From positions 62,558,001 through 62,622,000 of the forward strand of contig NC_042999.1 in NCBI RefSeq assembly GCF_006345805.1: DNA of 64,000 bases. Reading direction: 5' to 3'. The notes beneath the pieces are model-generated. The model was not told the DNA's origin. It searched no databases and worked only from the letters and a program-made list of their open reading frames with translations. The translations under genes were made by a program, and so were the position numbers. Positions 12,274-24,951 of this stretch are shown here, piece by piece; the stretch's first letter is position 1, and each line of letters begins with the position of its first letter. This DNA is from Octopus sinensis. Its lineage: Eukaryota.

Positions 12274-12706
12274 ATCATCATCATCATCATCGTTTAACGT
12301 CCGCTTTCCATGCTAGCATGGGTTGGACGGTTCAACTGGGGTCTGGCAAGCCCGAAGGCTGCACCAGGCCAGTCAGATCTGGCAGTGTTTCTACAGCTGG
12401 ATGCCCTTCCTAACGCCAACCACTCCGAGAGTGTAGTGGGTGATTTTATGTGCCACCGACACAGGTGCCAGACGAGGCTGGCAGACGGCCACGCTCAGAT
12501 GGTGTTTTTTATGTGCCACTGACACAGGTGCCAGATGAGGCTGGCAGACGGCCACGCTCGGATGGTGTTTTTTATGTGCCACCGACACAGGTGCCAGACG
12601 AGGCTGGCAGACGGCCACGCTCAGATGGTGTTTTCTTATGTGCCACCGACACAGGTGCCAGACGAGGCTGGCGAATGGCCACGCTCGGATGGTGTTTGTT
12701 ATGTGC
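12274..12706 (-). mobile_element. Retroposon 3' end with (GAT)n tail and internal 63-bp tandem array (x4)
   Basis: catcatcatcgtttaacgtccgctttccatgctagcatgggttgg end. Units start at 12448, 12511, 12574, 12638 and 12701 (partial). Relatives at 43115-43615, 50628-50910 and 58255-58475. Confidence 0.8.
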
Positions 12707-13810
12707 CCAAAAAACAAAAAAAAATTTATCTTGAAATAAGATTTTAAAAAAGTGAACCAATTTTCTAAACTTAGCCTTGAATTATAAGTTTAAAGTCATA
12801 ATGCTATATAGATAATCCTCAAAAAAAAATTAATCACAATAGTTATATAAGTAAAATATGAATATTTAACCTGTATTGTTACTTTGTCTATCATTATTAT
12901 TGTCATCATCATCATCATCATCTCCATCTTTATCATCTAAGCAAAAAAAAAGTATCTGATGCTGTGTAGCAAGCTTAAGAAAGACAAATCTCAGATACTC
13001 ATCTAATTCATGCTTCCATGTGAAAATAGTCATTAAGTAGGTGAGGATTGAGTACATAAATGGCAATACAGTGTCAGTAGAGGCATACTTAACTGACTGT
13101 ATGAATGTGAAATACAACAGTTGATAGTTGTTAGGAAAGAGAGAGTTACTTTGAGGGATATTTTAAGAAGCTTGCAACAAATAGAAATAGACTATATGTA
13201 TGTATTTGAGTTGACTAAAAAAATAATGTATTATGCTTACAATTAGTTTAGGGAAGTGGTGTAGGCAACACTAAATATAAAAACCAAGAGCAAATAAGGA
13301 AGCCTGTACAGAGTCTTTTATCTTGCCAGAAATAACAGTCAGATCTCCTTCAAATTACACTTACCATCTTAAAAAGGAAAAACACATTAGGAATGTAGTC
13401 TTGTGTATACAAAAAGATGGGGTGGTCATAGATGGAATGCTTTTGATAATAGATAGATTTGCTAAGTGAGACTTAACTTGACACTAAACAACAACTAAAC
13501 TTTAATTTTGAATAAGTTTCAAGGCTTTTCTTTAAATAGATTGTACACAGGCAGATGCACAAGCATACATACATATACATATTAGTATGTATATATTTAA
13601 ATTGTGTATTTGTATGTACATGTGTGTATACATATTTATGCAAATGTGCGTGCATACACTTATGTGTGTCTGCACAGAAATGAAACACAATGTCCCTGTT
13701 TTGAGGGGTCAGCAGTATGTTGCCAATTAACCTATTAGAACCAGTAACCAAATCTTCCTTAAATTACACTCTTAAAAAGGGATACATTGATTAATGTAGT
13801 TGTGTATAAA

Positions 13811-14031
13811 TGAGGAGGTGCTGAAAAGTTCCTGGCTTTGAGGGTATGGTAGAAGGCCTGGTTGGAAGCCCAACATTCTCAGTTTTTTTACTAGGCTTAT
13901 AAAAACTGAAGGACCACTGTAATAAGTGTGTGAATTTGAGAGGTGAATATGTTGAATAAAATCATAATTAACTGATCCTCCTGTATTTTCTTTCACCCAA
14001 AGCCAGCCAGGAACTTATCAGCACCTCCTCA
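13811..14031. mobile_element. Mariner-type MITE
   Basis: TIRs tgaggaggtgctgaaaagttcctggct / agccaggaacttatcagcacctcctca. Confidence 0.85.
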
Positions 14032-17000
14032 TAAAGAGGGAATAGTCATAGCTGGAATACCTTTGATCATAAATCTGTTTAATCAAGGCTAAACTGGTGT
14101 TAAATTATACACACACACACATTGGCTAAATCTGTCTATCTTTGGTATATAGTACTACTGTGGCTCTATCAATGATTTTGAGAGTTAACAGATATGTTTA
14201 GAGTGTAAAATGTTATACAAATTTGTTTCAATTAAATTCAATTTCAGAATATGTATTAAGTTACTGTATTTAATGATGAAGATTTTTTATTTTTACATAT
14301 CTTTTTCCATTTTTACAGAGATCAAATAGTTTTAGAATTTTAGATATTTAACTAATTTGCCACATTAGATATGCCATATAAAAAAATATAAAACCAAGTG
14401 GTTGTTGTTTTTAAGTTGTTTACCTGAAACATATATTAATAAAAGCATAAAATATTTGTTACTTATATAGACACAAAATTTAGAGTTTTGGAGAGAATGA
14501 ACATAGAGTTTTGATGGTTACTCCTTTTAAGAACACTTATTAAAGAGAGTAATTTCAAATTGTTAAGTTACATTATATATTACATAACATTTCATATATA
14601 TATAATCAAAATAAGCAACAAGTATATCCGAGGTAATGTGGTACAATCGTTTCATGCTACTTCATTTTATTAAACACTGTAAGCATTACATCAGTTTTAA
14701 AATGTCGAGCAATCTTCAGCCACCTTTGCTGAACTTATATGTATATATTTCTTAGAAACTTAGATCAACAGCAATTAGGAAAGTATTTCATTTACATCAT
14801 TCATTCAATTAGCTGGAATAATTATTGTACAATAAGAGCTTGCTTTTGATTTAACAGTGATATTTCTGTAAAAAAAATGCATACAACTAATTAACCTGAA
14901 TTAGTATATTACTGATAGTTATTATATTTGATCCTGTTGGAATTTGAACTTAAAAATGTTATAGATATTGTTTACTATTTAGTCCAGCTCTCCATACGAA
15001 TTCTACTCTGCTCAAATTAAAACACCCTGAAAAAATTTGCATTTTATTAGAATAACATATATCTTTGTCGTCTAAAACTCAGATTGGGTGAAGCTTCATT
15101 TTCTCTTTTTCTGTCTGTCTATCTCTCCCTCTCTACCTCTTTCATTCTTTCTCTCTCTTTCTTTTTCTCTCTTTCTCTCCTCTGTTTCTCTTTCTCATTA
15201 GATAGCACTTATTTATTTACTCATTTTCCATCTTTATTCATTATCTTTTACATTTTCCTTGTTATTTTTTTTTTCATCTTTGTCATTGAGTGCAAGTCAA
15301 ATTTATAATGTTATTATTATTATCCCACACCATTGTAATCATGTTTTCTTTTATGGCTTTTTAATAAGATGTTGGTGTATCGAATTTTTAACATATGTTG
15401 CTTTAAATCCATCTGGAACTGTCTCTTAAAAATTATTTTGTCATTTTGGTTTATTTTAGAATTCTCTGTACTTAAATAAATGACTGCTTCATTTAAAATG
15501 TGTAAACTGTGTGTTTAATTTAGAAATTAATGTCAGTTTGATAGTCTCTGATCATTTGACATAATTGAATAAATTCACTGCATTGAAACTGATCACAGGC
15601 ATGGAATCACATTATTACACCTCACAACTGGGATTATACTCAACCCTGATCTTATTCTTTTCTGCTAAAGGCTTTACCTACCTAACAATGTGAGCTATGT
15701 GCAATCAGCTTATTCCCTGCCTAACTGGCTCAGACCAAGATTTGCCATTACTTTCTATATTAAATAAATCTTTCTTTCCTAATCTATATAAAATTGGAAA
15801 AAATCATTATGTACTTTATACCATACAAAGTAAGACTATCTCACAATGAATTTTGTTGAAAATAAAATAGATCATAAATATGGTTTTGACTTTCTGAATT
15901 GAAAGCATGACCAAGTACTAATTTATGTCATAACATGGGATGAAATTTATACCTTCCTGTATGACTTGCTCTAAAGGTCAGTACACTAAGATTAGTTTTT
16001 TAAATAAAATGTTGCCATTATTACTATGAATTTCATCTTGAGCAAGTTGTATTTTTACCTTATTTTCATTCTATTGTTTCTTTTTAATTCATTAAGTTAT
16101 AATTATTTGACATCATTTAAAAGATAGGAAATAGTTTTAAAACATTTTTACCCACATACTACTCTGTACTGGAAAATTATTAATTGTTAATACAAACTTT
16201 TAATATGAAAAGTAACTTAGTTTTACTGATTAAATGTAATATCTCTGACATGTATCTAATTTACAGTTATCTCATATGTTATTTACTCAGCCAAAGAATA
16301 ATATGATATTCTTAATTCTTTGTTTAATGGTTGAATACTGTTCCAGAGTAAAAAAAAGTCACCTTCTAGAATCATGCTGACTCATAAGCACTGGTTTCCA
16401 TGGCTTATAAATTCCCCACCTCAACAGGATTACTCATTTTTGATAGCTAAATGGACTGGAAATGAAGTGTTTTGCTCAAGAACACATGTCGCCTGGTCCA
16501 ATAATCGAAACCATAATCTTACAGTCATGAGTCCAACACCCCTAACCTCTAAGCCATGTGCCTCACACTGTTCTAAAGGAATAGTATCCATTATTTAAAA
16601 GGAATAGTATCCAATATTTAAAACAACCATTCATGGAAATATCTGATTATAGCCGGTACCAGCTTGGCTGGAAATGTTATCCCTTCTCAGATGACAAAAA
16701 TTGAATCAGTTCAATAAATTTATTAAACAATGCCTGATGCAAACCACATGATCAGGAGTTCATACCTAATGAGAGCCAATGCATTGTGCACTTAAAGAAG
16801 GCACATAACTCTGCTTCAATTTACCTGACTCACATCAGGCTTCACTTCGGTTCTGACTGGCACTGAGAAAGATTTCCAGTTAAAAAGATAATTGATGTCT
16901 TTTTGATGTCTATAATGAAAACAGCCTTTTTATAAATCATTTATTCATCAGCAGCCGATGGACAGCTCTCGTAACCTTGCAGGCTGATGAATTTGATGTG

Positions 17001-17536
17001 CTTTATATTTAGCTTGAACATCAATAGGCTGGTAGTTTAAAAAAAACAAAACAAAAAAAAAACATACTTAAATGAAAGAAGACACTCTATCAAGAGTTGT
17101 TTATAATACAAAGAAGGATCAACACATCCTTTATAACAAAAGTTTCTATGGTAAAACATTATAATAAAGCTTCAGTTAGTGTTAACTGTTGGATTTCTTG
17201 TCATTCATAATAATGAAAACTCTTTCAGTTGTTCATCATTTTAAAAATATTTCACCATTTCTTGTTGACCAAATCAAATAGAACTACTGCTATTTCAGCT
17301 GTTGTTTTACCTAAAGAACTTATTTCACATGTTAAATTATCATTAGAATTTTATTTTTGTGCAACTTTTTTTTTTCAGTCTAGTTCTATATTTAAATCAT
17401 AATTTACTTGCAGCATTAAGTGTAACTGTTACATAATATCCTTTTTTGTGTAATATTAAATAGTGTATGCCACTTTCATAATCTGTTTTAACTAATTCAT
17501 TTTATATGTACATTAGTATGTATGTATGTGTGTGTG

Positions 17537-17568
<32 letters not shown>

Positions 17569-17836
17569 TGTATGTATGTATGTATGTATGTGTATATATA
17601 TATATATATGCATGTGTATATATATATATATATAAATGTATGTATATATATATGTAGGTATATATATATATAAATGTAAATATATATATATGTATGTATA
17701 TATATATATATGTATGTATGTATATATATATGTGTGTGTGTGTGTGTGCGTGTGTATGTATGTGTGTATATGTGTGTGTGTGTATATGTATAATGTGATC
17801 TCAGCTGACGAATGTTTCCACTTGTTTTTTTTACAG

Positions 17837-17978
17837 AAACAAACAAAAAGAAGGGTTCTGTTATACGCAGCGAGGAAGTTGGTGGCGGGCTTGAAATGAG
17901 AAGTCGATTAGCTAAACAGAGCAGCCGTGATTCTACTGATGGCAGTATGGGTAGCATCAGCAGCATTGAATCATCAGT
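17837..17978 (+). CDS. RIMS: RIM coding exon (SRDSTDGS segment; missed by the ORF track)
   Basis: Branch-like ctgac at 17804, acceptor tttttttacag, donor gtaagg at 17979. Frame G|AA gives [47 protein letters not shown], resembling vertebrate RIM QxSRESTDGSxNSxSS. Confidence 0.93.
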
Positions 17979-18705
17979 GTAAGGGTTCAGTTTTTACATA
18001 ATTCCTCTTTCTTCACAGACCACACACACCATCTATAAGCTTAGATCTAAAACTCTTTCAATGTAAATATTTTCTAAACTACGATCTGAATATGACTATT
18101 TGGTTATCGTTGCTCTTCAACCCCAAGCAGCCTTGATTGACCAGATCTATGATCAGTGGTATTCCGGTCATGATCATTCTACCTTCTTCCAAGATAAATC
18201 TAAAATTCCATTATCCTGTGTATACATCTGTGTTTAAGATTGTAAGGTATGATTTAGCTTCTATTTCTAGTCAGTCAAATGACTTATAGAACAACCCATG
18301 TTGACCTGGTCAATACAGGCATTATTGAATGATTCAGATGCTTGTTTTGCAATCATGAAGTCTCAGGTATGATCCTACTTTGCAGTGCCTTGGGCCAAAT
18401 AGACTGTAATTATAATTTAAAGGGCAGCCTTGTCACACTGATGCTGCATAATTATTATATTAAAAGACATGCATCTATGTAAAAAAAACTGAGCTGCTTA
18501 CACTTTCAATTATTTTTCTCTTTACTTCGAGTGTAATTTTGATTAATTTAAAATAATTCTTTGGCTCACTTCATCATGTTAATCCCTCTTAACTATATAA
18601 GCATGTAGAGTTCCTTTAAAACTTTGTATATGAAGAAGTTTTTTTTTTCTTTTTGTTGCTGTTATTGGGTTTTATTCTTCTGTGTCAAAACTTTTTTGCA
18701 TAATT

Positions 18706-19143
18706 GGTAGCTGTGTGTTAAGTAGCTTGCTTACTATCTACATGGTTCTGGTGGTGGTAAGTAGCTTGCTTACCAAACACATGGTTCTGGGTTCAATCCC
18801 ACTGCATAGCACCTTGAGCAAGTGTCTTCTACTATAGCCTCGGGCCAACCAAAGCCTTGTGAATAGATTTGGTAGACGGAAACTGAAAGAAGCCCATTGT
18901 ATATAAAAATAGATATATGTGTATGTGTGTATATATGTTTGTGTGTCTGTGTTTGTCCCCCCAACATTGCTTGACAACCAATGCTGGTGTGTTTACATCC
19001 CCTTAACTTAGCGGTTCGGCAATAAGATACAGAGAGAATAAGTACTAGGCTTACAAAGAACAAGTCCTGGGGGCGATTTGCTCGACTAAAAGTGGTGCTC
19101 CAGCATGGCCGCTGTCAAATGACTTGAAACAAGTAACAGAGTA
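18706..19143 (+). mobile_element. SINE family A with duplicated head
   Basis: Segment aagtagcttgcttac...catggttctgg appears twice, followed by the full body. Confidence 0.88.
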
Positions 19144-19149
19144 CAAAAA

Positions 19150-19975
19150 AAGTAAACATTAATCCATCTTCTCTGCTCACTATTCCTTCTCCTCTGGCAC
19201 TTTCTCCTTAAGCTCCTATGAGAAACAACTTTCTAGCTGGATTCCCAAATATGACCAACTAAGATTATGGATATTGACCAACCACTTAGTTCTTGATCTA
19301 CCCTTAGGTTTCCTGCCTGTTGGCTTGGCTTGATGAATCTGTCTTGCAAGTCTTTCCGGCAACATTCCAATCGCATGCCTATAATACTGAAGCCATAACT
19401 TCTCAATGTGAGGAAGTAATGACGCAACCTGGAAAGACACCTTGATCCCTGAGCTACATCCCTATTGAGTAGTGTTACTCCAGAGATCCTTCAGAGGAAC
19501 CCCATTTTGGCTACTTGCATTTGCAATTCTGATAACAACATGCATGACCATAGGTGAAAAAGAAGCAGGAAAATAGATTTGAAGAGAATTAGCTTGGCTT
19601 GTTTTATCAACCTCTCCTCTTCTGAGGACTGAATGCTGGATGCTAAAATTGCAGGTGCCAGCACCTGCCCTTTTAACATACAATTCAGCTTCTTGTTTCC
19701 CATCATACATGAACATGTCTCTGAGATACTTAAACTTCTCCACTTGTCTCAGTAATGTTTCACTAACATGCAGAGCACACTAAGAAGATTTCTTAAGAGA
19801 ACCAATGTCTCCAACCTCACAGCACTTAATTCTCATCATCCCTGCCTTGCAACACTTGGCAGTGAATCCATTCAGTGCATACTGGAAATTCACTTTCTGA
19901 TGAGCCAAATAGCACCATACTCTCTGCAGAAAGCAACTAAGCAATCCTACCAGTTGTGACACTCCTTCCACAACA
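19150..19975 (-). mobile_element. Degenerate LINE reverse-transcriptase fragment (RTE-like)
   Basis: Minus-strand peptides VEKFKYL and GRKPKGRSRTKW are typical of the RT C-terminus; interrupted by stops and frameshifts. Confidence 0.75.
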
Positions 19976-20168
19976 TTTTGTCATTATAAAAGCATAAAAT
20001 TTTTAAACTAAGTTTCATAAACATTCTACTTGTTTTTATAGTTAAGAGGAATTGGTTCAATGAAGAGAGTCAAAATACTTACAATTTTATCAAAATTATG
20101 TATGTAGGGAAGAGGAAAAGAATTTAAAGTGAAAGCTGCTATTTTAGATGTTTATCTTTAATGTAATA

Positions 20169-20955
20169 CAAGGTGGTATCAAAAGTTCCAGGACTTGTTA
20201 TGTTTAATAAAAAATAACTTATTTGCCTAAGTTTTAACATCATCTTCTTCGAAATAGTTGCCTTCCACAGCTGTACACCAGTCCCAAAGTTCTGTCACAT
20301 TTGGAATCAAGTTTGCTCTTGATCTTGACAATGATGTTAAAACGGCCACCTTTGAGAAGCATTTTCATCTTGGGGTAGAGATGGAAGTCAACAGGTGCTA
20401 TATCTGGCAAATAGGGTAGGTGTGGAAACGATACTATGTTTTTGGCAAGAAACACAAAGAAGGAGAGCTCAGTGACAGGGTGCATTGTTGTCTTGAAGAA
20501 TCTAATTCATCGCGCTCCCCAAATCTGGTTGGTTTTGGCAAATGTCCTCCTTCTAATGCTTCAAAACACCACAGTAGGACTCTCATTTGACGGTCTGACC
20601 CTGGGAAATGAATTCTTGATGTAGAATACCACATTTCCAGGGGTAACACATGTGGCAGGTCTTCCAGCTTGCTCATTGTCTTGCAGGGATGCTCTTCAAC
20701 ATTTTAAGTACCCATGCCACTTGAACTATTGTGTACAAACCATTGCCAAAACATGCTCAGTGTCTCTGTAGCAGACTTCCAAGTTTAACACAAAATTTCA
20801 TGTTGGGTCTTTGTTCCTGTACATGACAAAACATCAGACTACATCATACATGTGCTCACAGAATCACAAATTTCACAACTTGCAAAGTAAACATAGTCAC
20901 TGCCATCTGTTGGTGTGCTACAGAACTAGCCCAGGAACTTTTTGATACCACCTCA
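20169..20955 (-). mobile_element. Internally deleted mariner transposon
   Basis: TIRs aggtggtatcaaaagttcc / ggaactttttgataccacct with TA flanks. Minus-strand PHLPYLPDIAPVDFHLYPKMK corresponds to the mariner YSPDLAP motif. Confidence 0.9.
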
Positions 20956-21365
20956 TACTTATACAGAATCAGTGCAACAAGGTTATTCTTTTTAATCATT
21001 TATTTATACTTTTTATTTGGTAACCTTTTTTTACAATTCTCCATTATCAAGAGAAACTTATTAACAATGCATAGTAATATCATTCAAATTTAGCAATATT
21101 TTGACTTAATAAATGCTTACATTATCAAATAAATGACCTCAGGCAAGATTGTCTTCTTCCTTATGTAAATTAGATATACTCTTCTGTATTTTCTCCATTT
21201 TTTTTAAATATTCTTCTGATAGTTCTGTTTTTTTTTAAATTATTCTTCAGTTTTAGTATGTGTTCATGCTAAAATATACAGCTTTTATGCTTTTTATATA
21301 ACTTTCCAAACAGTAATTTAAAAAAAAGATAATAGACTGTTCTTATTCTCCATATTTTTTTGTAG

Positions 21366-21562
21366 AATGTGGTTGCCTCCAAGCCACTATGGTGACTTTG
21401 TGGAAGGTTTGGGCCCTTCACAACTTGTTGGGAGACAGGTACTTGGGGCTCCATGTCTGGGAGAAATTCAGCTTGGCCTTTATGATCGAAAAGGCCACTT
21501 AGAAGTTGAAGTAATTAGAGCTCGTGGCCTAATGGCTAAGCCTGGTGCCAAAGTTTTACCTG
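21366..21562 (+). CDS. RIMS: RIM C2B domain exon 1
   Basis: Acceptor ttttttgtag, donor gtaagt at 21563. Encodes MWLPPSHYGDFVEGLGPSQLVGRQVLGAPCLGEIQLGLYDRKGHLEVEVIRARGLMAKPGAKVLP, the RIM 'DFxxGLGPxQLVGRQ...LEVEVIRAR' signature. Confidence 0.97.
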
Positions 21563-21822
21563 GTAAGTTTGTTTGCATTTGTGTTTTGTTTTCTCTTTGT
21601 AAATATATTCTTGCTTATATTTTGTCATTTTAATCTTTTCTTTTTTCTGTTTCACATGGTTCCTTCTAGAAATATTCTAGAGAAATTAATTAAGATATGG
21701 GTCTCTGACTCATAATTTATCTATTCTGATTTGCTGAGAGTTTGGGGTTTTCTCCCCTGTTCATCTTAAGTTTAAAACATTAATTAATGTTCTGGTATTC
21801 AGACAAGGTCTTCATTAATTAA

Positions 21823-22042
21823 CCCTTTAGCATTTAAATTAGCCATATCCAGCCAAGATATTCCACCTGTTTTATGTTCAAACTGAGACAATCTGACCTT
21901 TCAGATCAACCCTACTATATCATTCTAAAAATTAACACTTACCTCATCAAAATATCAAAGCTACAAAATAATGTATGAATAATTCAAAGCAATGTGAATA
22001 AATAAACATTATGTTTGACATAATAATGTGAATACTAAAGGG
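21823..22042. mobile_element. piggyBac-like MITE
   Basis: TTAA on both sides; TIRs ccctttagcatt / aatactaaaggg. A one-ended relative starts at about 62810. Confidence 0.8.
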
Positions 22043-23604
22043 TTAAAGTTGACTTGCACACAACAATATATTAGTGCTTTCTTTACTATTAAATATATAG
22101 TTTGGTATTTTCTACCAAGTTAACAAGACTTTTGTTACCACTTTCAATTGACAACACATTTTGTTTCTTTCAAAATAATCTATTAGATTAATTTTTATCT
22201 AATAATTTTTAAACATGGTTCATACTTAAATTATTTTCTAGAAACTATGATGAGTTTCAGAGTAGGTTACCTGTGAGCCTCATGGATTTCTTTCCTGGCC
22301 ATGATACTTTCATTTCATTTATATTACTAATACTTGAGACATAACAATCTCAGTTTCCATTAAAATCAATATTCCTGATCACTCATCGTGTTGGATACCT
22401 TTAACCTTTAAAATTCAAGCAATTGACTTTGGTTATTGTAGTTGTGTTTGTATAAAATAAACATATCATTCTAACAACTGGAAACACACATAAATAATGC
22501 TTTGCTGATGAGATCTAATAACATAGAAACATATTCACAGTTGTTACTGTACTGCCAAAGACCAGGCTCACTCTCCTCTACATTTTATATTTAATTCATT
22601 TTTGATCATTTAAATCACAAGGTTTTCTCCCTTACTTTTTCAGTCATTAATATAAAGATTGCTTTTTATCATTATAACTAATTTAAATTAATTAAAATTC
22701 TTTGGTTCACTACATTAAGTATATTAGCTGTTACTTATCTTAAATCTGTGTCTTGTATGACCTCCATCAGTCAATGTTGACCATGCATCTACACATATAT
22801 ATACAAACCTGGGGTAGAGATTTTTAGGATGACTCATGATTCCTCTCTCCATGCTACCAATGTTTATACAAAGGAAAGACCATTGACTTAATATCTGCGT
22901 CACCAGAGGTATTGCTGTCAGAATCTAAATCACTGAAACAGAATCTACAAGCCATCTCACCCAACTCTCTAACAGTTCCACCATTCTGACACCCTGGATT
23001 CATACCTATTTTTATTGGTCCAAAAAGGTTAAAAGGCAAAGTTGACATCAGTTGGATTTGAACTTAGATTATAGAGAGTCATTCTATCCAACATTCTAAT
23101 GACTCTGCTAATTCACTGCCTTTGTTACTTGATCAGTTGACCAATGTGATAAGTGAAAAACACGTTTTTTTTTGTGTGTGTCTTTGTTTATTCTTTGTAG
23201 TAAGAAACAAGACTTTAATGAGGACTTTATTATGTGTCATATTTCCCTCTAGTTCAAAGCTTAACACCAATAAAGTTATCTTACTATAAATCCTGGATCT
23301 AATAATTATATAGATTGTATAGATTGCAATTTAACCTTTTCAGTGCAAAATTAAATTTCATGGTTATTCCAACAGTGATTCTAAATATCAACCTTAAAAA
23401 TAGAATTGGTATTTTCTGCAAGTCACATTGCCTCAGTAAACTTAGCATACCTCAGCAGAAAATAGTTTCAAACATGACATCCGTCAACAAAAGACAGATT
23501 GGTATATAAACTGCTTTCTGCAGTTTGGAATAATGAAATTTTGAATGGACATACCTGCTTTCTGCAGTAAAAGGATTAAGATCTGGATTGTAACCTAATT
23601 GTTT

Positions 23605-23916
23605 GTTGTTGTTGTTTGTTCCTTCTTGAGCCATGCCTGGCTCATAAGAGCCGGTTTCCCGGTTTCCTTGGCGTATAGGTTCTCCACCTGGACAGGACGC
23701 CAGTCCATCGCAGGTGAGCTGTAAGATGCAAGAAGAAAGAATGATAGAAAGTTGTGGCGAAAGAGTCAGCAGAAGTTCGCCATTACCTTCTGCTGGTGCT
23801 GCATGGAGCTTAGGTGTTTCGCTCATATACGCACACACCGCCCGGTCTGAGATTAGAACCCACAATCCTTCGACCTCGGGTCCGCTGCTCTAACAACTAG
23901 GCCATGTGCCTCCACT
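23605..23916 (-). mobile_element. tRNA-derived SINE (family B-related head) with (AAC)n tail and 12-bp TSD
   Basis: Reverse-complement head ggaggcacatggcctagt. TSD acctaattgttt at 23593-23604 and 23917-23928. Confidence 0.88.
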
Positions 23917-24811
23917 ACCTAATTGTTTACCAATTACATATTAGATGATGTATAAGATACACTTCTTTTATTTTCCAAAATGAAAATATTTCTCAAAAAT
24001 CACCCTGGGTCCTATATATAAAGTTGGGCTTCTCATCAGCTTTAATACAGAATTTTTTCCTGAACATGCGCTGCTGAAATTGGGGTGTATCTAATAATAC
24101 CCATGTGTCTTGCATGCCATCTGATGCAGTATAAGTATTTCTAATTTGAAAATGCTTATTGTTGTCTGTTAAGTCTCAGATAAGAAATAAGCATAAACAA
24201 TCAAGTATGAAGATGGAAATATGTCTAGTGTAAAGCTCAAGTAAATGACAAATTTTTATTTTTATACTGAATAGAGATGTTTAAATGAAGTATGTAGCCT
24301 ACTCATGCGGAAATGTATAGTTAAGTGGTAGGAAACATACTTGATGTAATAAGAAAAAAAAAATTAATCCAAATTACACATGATAAAGAAAAATCAGTAT
24401 TAGTGATAATTCTTATCAAGAAAGGTAAGGGAGACAACTTCAAAATTCAGTTGGGGTGGGGAACTAGTCTGATTTTTGGTAACTAATTGACTTAATAAAC
24501 TTCTTCACTGAAACATAATTCATTGCTGAGTGAAAATATTTCTTAATTAAAATTAACTATCTAAAAGGTACATGTTTTATGTCATTGTGTCTTTTGAAAC
24601 ATAAAGTGTAAATATTTTATGTTTCAAACTCTTAAAGCTCTTGATGACATGGATAAGGATTAAAAATCATTTCTGTTAAACCATTAAAGCAAGAGAATTT
24701 ATTTATTTTCACAGCTTGAAATAAAATTAATGATTTTCATTTTTTTTTTTCTGTCTTGTTTTCATAATTCTTGAAAATGAAAAACCTAATAAATTACCGT
24801 GTCTGTTTCAG

Positions 24812-24951
24812 CTCCCTATGTGAAAGTCTATTTAATCCAGGCCAAACATACAGTAGAGAAGCAGAAGACCACTATTGCAAGGAGGACATTAGATCCTCTA
24901 TATCAGCAACAATTAGTTTTTAATGAATCTTACCAAGGAAGGGTTTTGCAG
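24812..24951 (+). CDS. RIMS: RIM C2B domain exon 2
   Basis: Acceptor tgtttcag, donor gttaga at 24952. Encodes APYVKVYLIQAKHTVEKQKTTIARRTLDPLYQQQLVFNESYQGRVLQ. Confidence 0.97.

Noticed and set aside
12448-12706. CRISPR-like regular repeats (also 43115-43460)
   Set aside because: Whole units repeat with no unique spacers and no cas genes; eukaryotic retroposon-internal tandem repeats.
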